Source: Phoronis australis
Taxonomy: Eukaryota; Animalia; Phoronida
DNA length: 64,000 nt
NCBI GenBank assembly: GCA_002633005.1
Contig: NMRA01000101.1
Location: 558,001 to 622,000, forward strand
Direction: 5' to 3'
Positions 51,261 through 62,570 of the stretch are shown one piece after another; position 1 is the stretch's first letter; each line of letters starts with the position of its first letter. A program made the translations under genes and the position numbers. The notes below the pieces were generated by a model, which saw only the letters and a program-made list of their open reading frames with translations, was not told where the DNA came from and did not search any database.

Positions 51261-52761
51261 AACGAGGTCAGACGCTTTCTTGGTCGTCATCAGCAGTGTA
51301 TTGGGAACGAGTGATCGGGGAATCCTCCAATGCCTACATCGTTTCGGCGTCCGCACTGTTATTGGTAATGATTCCAAATTCCTCCAAGCGTTTTTCCCAG
51401 GACAAGGAAACTAAAGAGATCGATAAAAAGCAACAGAAGTTCGCCATTTATCAATCTGTTAGTTCAGGTTTACTTGCTCAAGTTGCCACGCAGCCGCGAA
51501 AGACTCGGGCCTTACAGATAGATCAACAGAACACGGAACAACTTGGCACATCCTCGCCACCCGAACCCCATCGAATCCATTCACCATCAAGTTCGTTGTC
51601 ACTGCTTTCGTCAAAAAATCACACTGGTTACTTTGACAGTGCTGCCACTTCCTCGTAAACATCGGACATAGGCCTAAACCTACACTGTTTATTTCGCCAC
51701 GTGGTCGCTTGGGAGAATCAAGACGATGTTCACAAAAAGCTGATTTGGCTGTTACAAGCGTGTTGGCCATCAAATACGATGGATAACCAAACTATATGCT
51801 AAATATACTTGTTGTGAGACAAGAAACCTTGTGGATGTTCGTCCCACTGCCATTGTAGAGTCAGGCCCAAACCTGTTACTACTTTAAGTGTGGAAGACCC
51901 TATGTTGGTTTTCCACTTGCAGTGAGTGCTATAGTTTTCATGCGAGGTTGTGCACAAAATGACTATTTTGTCCCACTTCTGCAAGTGGTTTATCAGGTCA
52001 CGGTAAAATATTCACTACTCAAAGCACTAAAACACCGGGGTGTTTATTGGCCTCAAGTCAGGCCAATGCTGATGACTTAGCCCTCCTAATCACCGGTCTG
52101 GTGTAAATATCGCCCCCGATAAACCCTCTTCCCTAAAACGGTTAATGTCTTCGGGCTTGACGGTACATTTTGGTGCTTTCTTTAGGCGACAAATTAGCAA
52201 TCACGAGTAAGCGTATCTGGAGTTTGCTGTTCGGGGCGGGGCATATGAGTTTTGCCCCCCTCCCCCCGTCAGCATCACTATCCCCCTCCTCCCCCAGTAG
52301 CCACCGATGTTCTTTCCGTCTTTTTCCATTGAATGCTCCTCCACTGCCAGATTTTTTCGTATTTGGCTAGAGACATCATTAACTTTTGCCCGAATCTGGT
52401 TGACAATCACCCCTACGTGTCCCCCTGCCACCTAATACAATAGCGCGGTCACGGATAAATTAAGGCCAAGTCGACGTCAAACTATGGAAAACTGGATGCG
52501 TTGACTTCAACTCGAGAAAATATAGATGGTTAATGGCCTTGCTAAGAAATTATGGTGGAGCTCTTAAAGGAGCATCTGGCCGCTCGAAGCGCTTTTGGGT
52601 CTGGAAACAGTACCAAGGTTAACCGATCGACAATTGTTGTCACAGGCACGCATGCATATGCCATGTTTTGTAATTTTAGGTTTGGTCAATTCCAGTAAAA
52701 TCTGAAGCGTTTTTTTGTGTCGCCAACGATTTCAACGTTCAATCCTATCAGATGATAGATC

Positions 52762-52886
52762 ACTATGATTATGATGACGGTGATGACGGCGACAATGACG
52801 ATGATGATGATGATGATGATGACGATGATGACGATTATGATGATGACGATGATGATGATAATGATAACGATGATAATGATGGTGAT
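52762..52886. repeat. (GAT/GAC)n imperfect microsatellite in intron 2
   Basis: Direct run of GATGATGACGAT..., lying just past the exon 2 donor. Confidence 0.95.
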
Positions 52887-52899
52887 ATGCTGGGCTTAC

Positions 52900-53058
52900 C
52901 TTGCTTGTCGCTTCATTTTTTAGAAGTATTTCGTGTGTTAAATTCTTAGCAGTGGCTGCCATTACACTTTCACTGCTGTCCGAAGAAATCTCAAGGCTTT
53001 CACATACACCTGCTTTGACTAACAAAAGGTGATCAGAGTCACAGATGCAGCCATCTAT
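52900..53058 (-). CDS. CARNS1: Carnosine synthase-like ATP-grasp ligase, exon 2 (53 codons)
   Basis: Acceptor TATTTCCAG and donor AAG|GTAAGC, phase 0/0. IDGCICDSD...VCESLEI...SVMAATAKNLTHEIL matches the pre-ATP-grasp segment (DG...LGL...A..K..T). Confidence 0.8.
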
Positions 53059-53872
53059 CTGGAAATAATCATTTGAATGTAAGGAAACGTTCTTGAAGAA
53101 ATTACTTCGAAAGATGTAATGTAACTTAGATAAACAAAAGAATTCGGTTAAGTTACTCACTCCACTGAAATTAAACTGTGATCCAGCAAAGCCTGTCTAC
53201 ACCATTTATTGCACTTGAGTCACTCAGCGTTCTCAGCTGAATAAATAGGCTAAGCTACCTGAATGGTCCCCAAAAACTGCTTCCGACTTTTGGATTTTTG
53301 AGCTGCGCGTGCGTTATACCAATGTTTATTCTAAATAAGGATCATGAGCAAATAATTCGTTATAGAAACTTCATTCATATGTAGTATTTCAAAAATCATA
53401 ATTTGGCAATTTTTGCACGGGTTGAAAGTTGACGACTTTCTGGACAAGATGTTGCACAAATGACCTGCTAAACAGCGCTTAGAAGTATTTTTAGCTAAAA
53501 TACGGCTTATGGGAATTCTAGGTAAAACAACAACCATAAAACGGACCTTTGGAATTTCACAACAGCCTCCGCTTAAAAATAATCCAAAAACGATCAATGT
53601 ATAATTATACAACCAACACTAAGTTTAATGACTATGTAGAAACGGCTGCGTATTGTATGACGACACCTTTAATGATCTTGTGCCCATACTTAAAAGGTAT
53701 CCATTAATCCTTTACGGCAGTAACACAGAACCATACCTACACGCCAGAGACCGTAGAGAGGGAGGCAAACCACCGAGCGAAATCCCATTGGACGGCCACT
53801 GGCGGCCATTGTGTTTCATGGACTGTAGAGACGTCTAGCGTGCGTGTGTGCAACAAACAAATATGGCAAGAT

Positions 53873-53992
53873 ATGACGGCTGCAGTCGGTAAAAACGCAA
53901 CGGTGCTTTTTGCAATGCCTCTGGCTGCAGCAACAGTTAATTAAAATTCGTGACTTATGCTTTTTTGCTTCCCCACTGATTACGATAGATGA
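53873..53992 (+). pseudogene. THAP-domain remnant (intron 1)
   Basis: Across frameshifts reads GAFCNASGCSNS...FFCFPTDYDR. The upstream GC-rich segment 53785-53851 has a diverged inverted counterpart at ~57325-57388. Confidence 0.6.
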
Positions 53993-55383
53993 TGTTCACA
54001 TTTGAAAAAAGGATGTTTTTATGTGAAACTGTTGCCAGTCAATCAGTGATGGAGTGGGTGATTTGAACTTAATGCCTTTACTGTTCTCTGCATTTGATCG
54101 CTTTTATAGAAAGTTATCGTAAATCTTTTGAATGAGTTTGGGAACTACTGATTAGTTTATTCTATGCCCATTGATTGCTTCTTTCATTTCTTTCTGCAGT
54201 CTTAGTAACTTCATATCTAATAGATAATATTTATTATTTATTTATTTATTTTATTATTGCTACATTATCATATATTTGTTTTTATCTATTCTTTATTCTT
54301 CATTTACTGTTATTTGTTTATTTTATATATTTATTTACCAATTTTTTATTTATCCGCTGTTACTTATTTAAATTATTTGTTGTGATCCCATACAATCAAC
54401 ATTCTGGCTGTCGCTGGTAAATAATCTATATTATATGATCATGATATGGACTTCAGTGCTTAATAAATATTAAGTGTATGGTTTGATAACCAGCTTGATA
54501 ATTTTCAATAGGAAGTGTCGAAGGAAATGTTCATCGGTGGGTACTTCGGTAGTATGTGTTTTACCTTGGAAACCCCGTTACATTCAGTGACGATATCGTT
54601 TGTTTAGATTTTTGTTATGAAAAGGGTCTTAAAGCATCAAGTCAGGAAATAAGGCGTCCTTGTTATTTACTTTGAAGTTGGCCACTTTTACCTGCTGATG
54701 TCGGCTTAATATGCATTAACTAATTGCTGATAGTTGATTTATAAAAATGTGAATGGTTTACGAGAGCTGGAAAGCATCGTAAAAACTACTCTAAATGGAC
54801 TGCGTATTCAATAGGCATCTTGGCTGCTTTATGGGGGGCAAACAAAGCAGGTTTATTGGACTGCGGGCAGGAATTCCATCACTTGTTGGTTTTCAACCCC
54901 TTACCACTCTTGAATCCAGTTTCATTCACTTCCACTCATCCCAATTCGCTACCCATTTCAAATACTATCAGGCACGGACTCTGGGGGTCGAGTGAATCAG
55001 CCTAAATTAGCGACTCCACTCTGTTTCCTAATACTACTGCGCATTTGTGAGTTTTCTATGTTGAATTATCAATATTATTGAAAATAAGGAGGGCTCTATT
55101 CATACAACGCCCCTAATTAAAGATTTTGACTGAATTAAGGGCTTAGCGTTTTAGATACATTATTAGAAAACGTAATAAGTGAAAAAAGAGCTCGTAATAA
55201 AAATAAAAAGATAGAAAATATAATAACTGTGTGTAAGGAACGAAAAAATACGCAAATATTTAGGCAACACAGTTGATCACAGGCGGATCCTTTGTCAAAA
55301 GGGTTCGGACACCTATTTTCCCTCGATTTTAGTGGTATCATAGCTAGAATTTTTTAATTGTTGACTTAGACCACCTTTCTTAA

Positions 55384-56652
55384 AGGCGAAGGCAACCTTT
55401 TTTCATGTCACTTTTAGCAAAAATAAGGTCTGTTGATTATCCCAGACATATTTTTCACTTAATTATAGCTTTTCGTAATTTAATTAATTTCTCGTCATCT
55501 ACTCCGGAAGTGACGTTTTGGGAGGCAAGAATTTTGCGCTAATTTCTTTTCATACAGTCACACTGTGAGAGCTGTCAAGTCAGTCATTGTTCTACCTCGG
55601 ATGTGAAAAGTTCGGTCGTCGTTTGCTTTTGTTTACGAGTCAGTCAACATGCCGCACTGTTGGTGTACCAGGATGTACTCATTATCGTCTCACGCGCGCT
55701 TTGGGTACCTTGCATCGCATTCCGAAGGATGACACACTTCGCCGTACTTGGCTAGCTCGTTCGTGTGAAGAACGCAGCGCTACCCGTTCACGCAACGTAC
55801 AAAGCAGTGGCAAGCATTTCAGCCGTCAGATTACGACAGAGATATGTACGTTGAATTGATGAAGGTCCCTGCGAAACAACGCCTGAAGAAGGGTTCCATG
55901 CCGTCGCTGTTGATTCCCTGCAGTGCCCCGTCGCCACCCCCAAGAAGTGCGTTTTTGAAGCGAGAAGCCTGGCGAGCTGTGGCCACTATAAACAGTGACT
56001 GGAGGCACTTCATCTACTGTCACCCATGCCTCCGAACGTACCGCATAGCGTGCAATTCCAAGAACTAGCAGTGATTCCCCGTGTGCTGTTGTCTCTAGCT
56101 CAGAGCCTGTAAGCAGCCCTGCAGCGATGTTGAGTAGTGGGAGCGAATACAGGCCCAGATCAGTGAGCCTAAGTTTGATAAGTTTATTGTGGACTTGTAT
56201 TGGAGCTATTTAGAAGGTACCACGTGTGTGACGAGGGAGTCGCACGGCGGGATGTAAGCAGTTTAGGTGCTCAAGTCACCATCCACTGGTAGTGTGTCGC
56301 GGGACACTCGGGCAAGTGGGACAGTTCTTCCTCTGTACGTGAGACGATAATGAGTACTTCTCGGTAGGCAGCAACAACGTGGCATGTTGACCGTGACTCG
56401 TAAACAAAAGCAAACGACGACCGAACTTATCACAACCGAGGTAGAACAATGATCGACACGACTGCTCTCACAGTCAGACTGTATGAAAAGAAATTGGCGC
56501 GAAATTCTTGCCTCCCAAAACGTCACTTCCGGAGTAGACGACGACTAATTAATTAAATTACGAAAAGCTGTAAATAAGTGAAAAATATGTCTGGGATAAT
56601 CAACGAACCCTATTTTTGCTAAAAATGACATGAAAAAAGGTTGCCTTCACCA
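55384..56652. mobile_element. Kolobok-type element with ~310-bp inverted arms, TTAA TSD and a frameshifted THAP gene
   Basis: TTAA|AGGCGAAGGCAACC...GGTTGCCTTCACCA|TTAA. Arms 55384-55694 and 56338-56652 are highly similar reverse complements. Plus-strand THAP from ATG 55649 reads MPHC/VPGCTHYR...LHRIPKDDTLRRTWL...GKHF...RLKKGSMPSL. Confidence 0.9.
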
Positions 56653-59533
56653 TTAAAAAGTCTTTGACTTGCCTCTGTTGAGTGTTGAGCCGGTATTTGG
56701 TACTGTTTCATGTAACTGGGCACAGGTACCCCTGCTTGAATATACCTGTATAATGTAGTAAGGTGTGAATTTTCGAAACAAAGATCTGGACCCGTGTTTG
56801 GATGGGGTAAGAGCGAAGTTTTTGTACACATTTGACAGTTGGGGATGAGAGTCTGTTAATTTTTCAATTATATTTTAAAACAATGTTTGTGCGCTGAAAG
56901 TTTTAATATTTAATTGTTAATTGATATTAACACCTGGAATATTGGGGGAAAGAAAGCTATCTCCGCCTCTAACGTTTTGGTTGAGGGGTGCCCCCCGTTT
57001 TTGCTCCTACCTCCTCTTCAGTAGATCTATCTTATGGTTATTACTTCCCTGACCCCCTGGACAAACTCCTACAGGTTCTGTACCTGCTCACTCTCCAGTC
57101 ACTTGTTTTCACCCGTGATTACTGAGCCACACTCTTGCTTATGGTGTATTTCTCATAATATTTATTACCTTTACTGTCCAATTTTTTCTTGATATACTCT
57201 GTATTTTGCCTATGTGTTTTTTCCATTGCACTGCTCATGTTTTTTGTGTTCAATATTTTAAACAAAGACGGCACTTCACAGTTTTGAATTTGACTAACTA
57301 AAATCGCCTTGCGTGCTTCGTGGGCGCACACACACTCGCTAGGTGTCGGCACGGTCTCAATAATGGCGGCGGCCGTAGTGAATGGTCCATACCTATAGTC
57401 CTGCCCTCATTCCCTCGATTTTGGGGCCGAATATCGACCCTATTCCCCTCTCAAAAATATTGAAAAATAACGCAAAATTCCCCCTACGAGACCTACAAAT
57501 TCCTCTAAAGTGATTGAAAATTTCCCCCAAAGCTCAAATCACCTGTAACTACACAGGTGACAATTTGAAAGAGCCCAACATGCTACTTGAGACAGACCCT
57601 AGGAGAGCTTGCAACAGGGTGGGGGTGCTATTGATGGGGATCGGGAGGTAGAATTTCCCCTCACTCGGCGAAAAAATTCCCCTCTCAAAAGGCACAGGCA
57701 CCTTTCCCCTCGGATGAACGAGGCCCCTGAAGAAACATGATAACTATGCTTGCTCTGTCCAGTTAACTGAAATTCAGCTCTAAAACGAGGTGGGTTATTT
57801 TTTCAGGTTATGCTTTGGACGAACGAATCAGGTAATTTAGTTTTAAACTTCAACTTGGTCCAGATTGATATTTGAGACCTAACACATGAAATAGATGTGG
57901 GAATTATTAAAACCAAGAAAGCACAATTGATGGTCAAATATTTTTTAGTTTCAATTACCAGCCTGGTTTTTTATTTTAATAAAAATAGATTTAATAACAT
58001 CAATTACTCTTGCAGATAAATGACAAATCAACTGTTACTCCCTACCCCACTACCAGGACATACATGTAGGCTATGCTTGATGTTAATATTCTTGATCAAC
58101 AAATTAAACCAGATGTGACTTGTACATGACAGTGAAATGCGATGAGCCACCACTGTCGAATATATATTCAACTCGTCAAAAATACGAGCAGATGACCTGG
58201 TTAGAGTAGAAATCATTTTTATCGAGAACTTACAAGAAAAAACGTAACCTTGCATTCAGCATGTACCTAATCCGTAACACGATCGTCGCAATTTGGTCAT
58301 GTTTACTTTTCATGTTTCGAACCTAGTCTTCAGAAAAAACTTATACCCCTTCGTCAGACAATTCTTTGCTGCATTGACTTGTTCTCTAATGTATTTTTCT
58401 AAGTCTCTGTAGTTAATTGTTGACACATTTCTAAGATTTAATGTCCAGGTTGGACTCGAAAGACCAGCCATTTAACTCATGCAATGACAACTTCCGCTTT
58501 GTTTATCGCAGTGAGCCTCGCTTTGGATTTTAAAGTCCGCCGCGTGAATTAGAAGTAAGCTTTCACCCAACCACTTTCAAGTTTCTCGAGTCATGAGTAA
58601 CAGAACAAGATCCCCATAGAATATTTTATAAAAATTGTGTTTGGTGTGGCATATTTTTATCAGAATGAAGCTTTGAACCGAAAATAAGTCGGTGAGGGGA
58701 TATTAAAAAAACCACCTTTCAAAAATGTCAAGTATACGCTCCGGCCTATCTTCGGAAATGGGGCATATTTTTGGAAACTGCGTCAAAAATTTTATGATAC
58801 AGTTTTAAAGGAAATAATTATCATTAATTATTCACTCAATACTGTTTTCAAAGTATTAAAAATGAACTGCCCTAAACATGTCCTTTTTAATGTATGTAAT
58901 TGTATCTCACCGAGAAAGAATTTTATTCGTCCATACTTATTTCGCATTCAGCAAACACAGTGCGTTGAAACCGTCCTTCATACCGTGCCAACACGGTTAG
59001 TTACCAAGACAGCAACGGAGTGCCTCTTTATACGATAGTGATAATGTCTTACCAAATAAACAAAATGTTACACCAAATGTATTACACACGTCCTTTAGAA
59101 TCCGTCTTATTTTCAGGACATGCAAACATCTATCTAACATGCAGCCATGGGCGTACACTTGGGAAATTTCCGAAAATACGCCCATGAAAGTACTTTTGTG
59201 TGGGCACATTGTAGCTTGTTTGGTTTAGTCGAGTTTTGTCACTAAAAAGTATATTTTGTACAGAGAATTATCAAACCGGCCTGTGGAATACAGTTGACTT
59301 CCTTATGTCAGAAAATTTGCGCCTATGTAAACAGTTTACTCAAAGTGCGATGTAAACTGTCGACATTCTCGGGGTTTAAAGGTTAGCTAAACCTCAAAGA
59401 GAGGCTAAACAAAAAGATTAGGATGAACATCAGCAGCTACAAGTAGAAAAAGAGAAAGTACGACTTCAGCGGTAATCTTCATAGTTTACGGAAGAGTGAT
59501 TAATTGTTACTGGCCCTGACTCAAGGACTTTAC

Positions 59534-59836
59534 CTTTGTGTTTTTTTCCTTTATCCAGTCCACAATCCCGCGAATTAACTTCTCGTGCTCAATAGCCTCG
59601 CCACGCAGCACGCCAGTTAGCACTTCGTTATTGTAGTCATCAATGATGCCGCGTTCCACCATTTTCTCACACCATTTCCGATTTCTCTTGGCCGGATCAA
59701 GAATGAGTAAGACAGATGCAACGCCATACTGGGATTTCAGGCGGGAAAATGTAGACGATTCCATCGCTTTTTCATCAAGTACGGGACTTTTCAGTGCAAG
59801 AAAAAGTAAATTTGTCCCCTGTAGTTCGGAATACAT
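59534..59836 (-). CDS. CARNS1: Carnosine synthase-like ATP-grasp ligase, first identified coding exon (101 codons)
   Basis: AAAATG start at 59836 and donor AAG|GTAAAG after 59534, phase 0, joining in frame to exon 2. Rossmann-like N-domain pattern (NLLFLA...YGVASVLLILDP). Further upstream exons cannot be excluded. Confidence 0.7.
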
Positions 59837-60368
59837 TTTGAACAACCTACAGTCGTGGATTTTTTCGAGACAGACGCCAAGTACGTGCAATTACATCGCT
59901 TAAATAGACTGGCCAGTACCGTGCTTCTGCACTTGATTTTAAAATACCGACATAAAGAATAAGTGCAGCCATACTATGCTCTGAAACACGTAACGTGTCT
60001 ATAAATATGATACACTCGAGAGGTACTTATCACTTAGAAAACAAGTTTGCTTAAAATTTTCAAATCAAAGAGTAACCTGCAACGCCCATACACACTAAAA
60101 TAAAGTACATGGTCCACACTGTCAGGTGATGAAATAAGTCAGCAGTATATGGGAAATGTCAGGATGTTCCACACAAATCTCTTGTTCTTTGTCTCCACAG
60201 CATATTTCTTGCTAGTCTTTTTGAGGAATGTTTTCCGGAATCAAAATTCCCTAAAAAGTATCGCATAAAAGCAAAAATTGGGGAATTTCCGATTTTCTAA
60301 ATTTTGCTGATTTTTTAGGAAAATAATAGACTCATTGGCATGTTTTTATGACTGGTTTTCACGGTTAA

Positions 60369-60503
60369 TTAGCTTAGGTATTTACTGTACATGTTCAGTT
60401 TAAAGTGATCAATTGTTACCTCTTGGCATAATATATTTAGCTTAGGTGTTTCCTGTACATGTTCAGTTTAAAGTTATTAATTGCTACCTCTTGACATATA
60501 TTT
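60369..60503. repeat. ~68-bp tandem duplication, possibly within the 5' LTR of the BEL element
   Basis: TTAGCTTAGGT.TTT.CTGTACATGTTCAGTTTAAAGT...ACCTCTTG.CAT appears twice in tandem. Confidence 0.8.
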
Positions 60504-60714
60504 ACAAATCATCCCAGCTCCAAGCTAATCTTCCCCCTTGGTTAGTTTTATATTTGGCGCACTTTCTGATTGGTCAAATAGGTTCAATTGCATGTAATAT
60601 GTTAATTGTCCTTATAATATCTCACCAGTAGCTTTTTAATACATCATACCGAACATACTTTTCTCCTCGAACCACCTCGGGTTTTATCCATACACAATAG
60701 AACTCACACCTTTT

Positions 60715-60725
60715 TGGTGCCGTGA
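60715..60725 (+). promoter_or_regulatory. Primer-binding site complementary to the tRNA-His 3' end
   Basis: TGGTGCCGTGA is the reverse complement of ...UCACGGCACCA and lies just upstream of the gag ATG at 60743. Confidence 0.7.
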
Positions 60726-60742
60726 TCCTCAACTCTAGTCTC

Positions 60743-62570
60743 ATGGAAGTTGAACGGCTAAAGGCAAAACGGACTGCTCAGAAAGGGCAAATCACAACGC
60801 TAATCCATCGTCTCACCAACCTCCCGAACGACTCCCATCAAGCAACGCCAATTCTGGATACCCTGAATGATAAACTGGATGCTGTCAAGGAACTCAACGA
60901 CTAAATTCACCAAGCAATAGAAAACGACGAGCAAGCTGCAGAGGAAATGCTCACCGATGAATCCTACAGTACATGACTGACATCCAACTGGCAATAGCTG
61001 AATTCAATTTCTCATCAGCACAGGAGCCTCCACCAGCAATAGCGGTATCCTCAACACCCAACCACAGTTCTACACCGTCTTCCACCTTTCGCCTGCCAAC
61101 GTTACAACTGCAAAAATTTTGCGGAAATATCCTGGCATATCAAAAGTTTTGGGACTTGTACGAGGCCAGCATACACAACTTGCAGTCATTGCCACCAGTG
61201 CAAAAATTCGTATACCTCAAATCGCTGCTGATGAACGAAGCATTCCAACTTATCGATGGTCTTCCAATCGACAAGACTAACTACGCCATCGCGATCCAAC
61301 TCCTCCAAGAGCGGTATGGATGTACATCGAAACTGTGAGCCAACCTCATTGAGTCCATAACAACACTGGACGCCCCGGACAACCACCCATCGACAATCCG
61401 CTCCTTCTACGACACGCTGGAAACAAAATTAAGACAACTCTCCGCTATAGGCTCATACAATGGCAGTCTACTTGTGCCAGTTCTGATGAACAAACTGCCA
61501 TTCTCCATCAAACGTTCGATCGCACGGCGCACCGACGGTAACTTAGACATAACCCGCAACCAGCTACGAAACTTTCTGCGAATTGAACTAGAAATCCTAC
61601 ATGCATTCCATGACAGCACACCATCTACCAGTGCATTCCATACGCATGTCAAACGGAACTGCAAACCACCACTGAAATCATGCTTCTACTGTACCAACAA
61701 CTCCCACAAGACTATCGACTGCACTCACTCACACGACCAGAAGCTCGCCAAAATCCGGCATAGCAAAGCATGTTTTAACTGCCTGGGAAATCATATGGTC
61801 TCAGCATGCAAATCGCGTTTTCGATGTCGTACCTGTGGTAAGAAACTACACGGTAGTCTCTGTTCAGATGCCAACAACACTGCACCTAACCAAACTAGGA
61901 CCGCGCCCGTGACCGACCGTTCCTCTGGTAACTATGCTCACCACGACAACTCTCAGCGTGACAACACCAGTGCCGCCGCATCAGTAACTCATCTTTCGTC
62001 ACATAATACTGTACTCCTCAAGACAGCCACAGCATGCGTTAGCAATGGCCATCATCATTCGACGTCCATTAATGTTTTATTCGATGAAGGCGCCCAAACT
62101 ATCATTCATCACAACAAATCTTGCCTCCCAGTTACAACTGCGACCCACTCGTAAGGAAAGAATTCAGATGACAACATTCGGCGGTGACCAGCAATCAGTG
62201 ACCGATTATGACGTCTCAGAAATTTACGTCTACCCTGAATGGTGAACGCAAATACCAGTGGAAGTATTTGTTGTCCCCCGCCCCACTGCGCCTCTACACA
62301 TCGAGATGTCCGACCTCCAAAGCTACACGCACCTCCGAGGGTTACACCTCGCCCACAGTTACCTCCAAAATGGACAATTCACCGTAGATATTCTTATTGG
62401 CGCACACAGCTACTGGAGTTTTGTGCAAGACACGGTTATACGCCGTGATGGACCTACTGCCGTCAGTTCCAAACTCGGATATCTACTATCCAGCCCAACT
62501 CGTGCTATCCCAAATTCATGTGCAAATGCGTCTGCTGTCATGTTTGTCAGTGCATTGCTAGGCAATGACC
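60743..62570 (+). mobile_element. BEL/Pao LTR retrotransposon gag-protease, pseudogenised and 3'-truncated
   Basis: DUF1759-type RLPTLQLQKFCGN...FWDLY...QKFVYLKSLL. Three zinc knuckles (CFYC..H..C, CFNC..H..C, CRTC..H..C). Protease VLFDEGAQ, VDILIG and GPTAVSSKLGYLLS motifs. Stops and frameshifts present; no RT or integrase. Confidence 0.9.

Noticed and set aside
52732-53160. His-rich ORF (minus) and poly-Asp ORF (plus)
   Set aside because: Both are translations of an intronic (GAT)n microsatellite. Only 52900-53058 is a real exon, bounded by consensus splice sites.
54175-54420. Hydrophobic 81-aa ORF resembling a membrane protein
   Set aside because: It is the translation of an AT-rich (TTTA)n low-complexity tract.
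58290-58365. Hammerhead-ribozyme-like core on the minus strand (CTGACGA/CTGAAGA...GAAAC ATG...CATGAC)
   Set aside because: Stem II does not pair, the cleavage triplet is GAC rather than NUH and stem I is imperfect. At most a decayed relic; an Infernal search would be needed.
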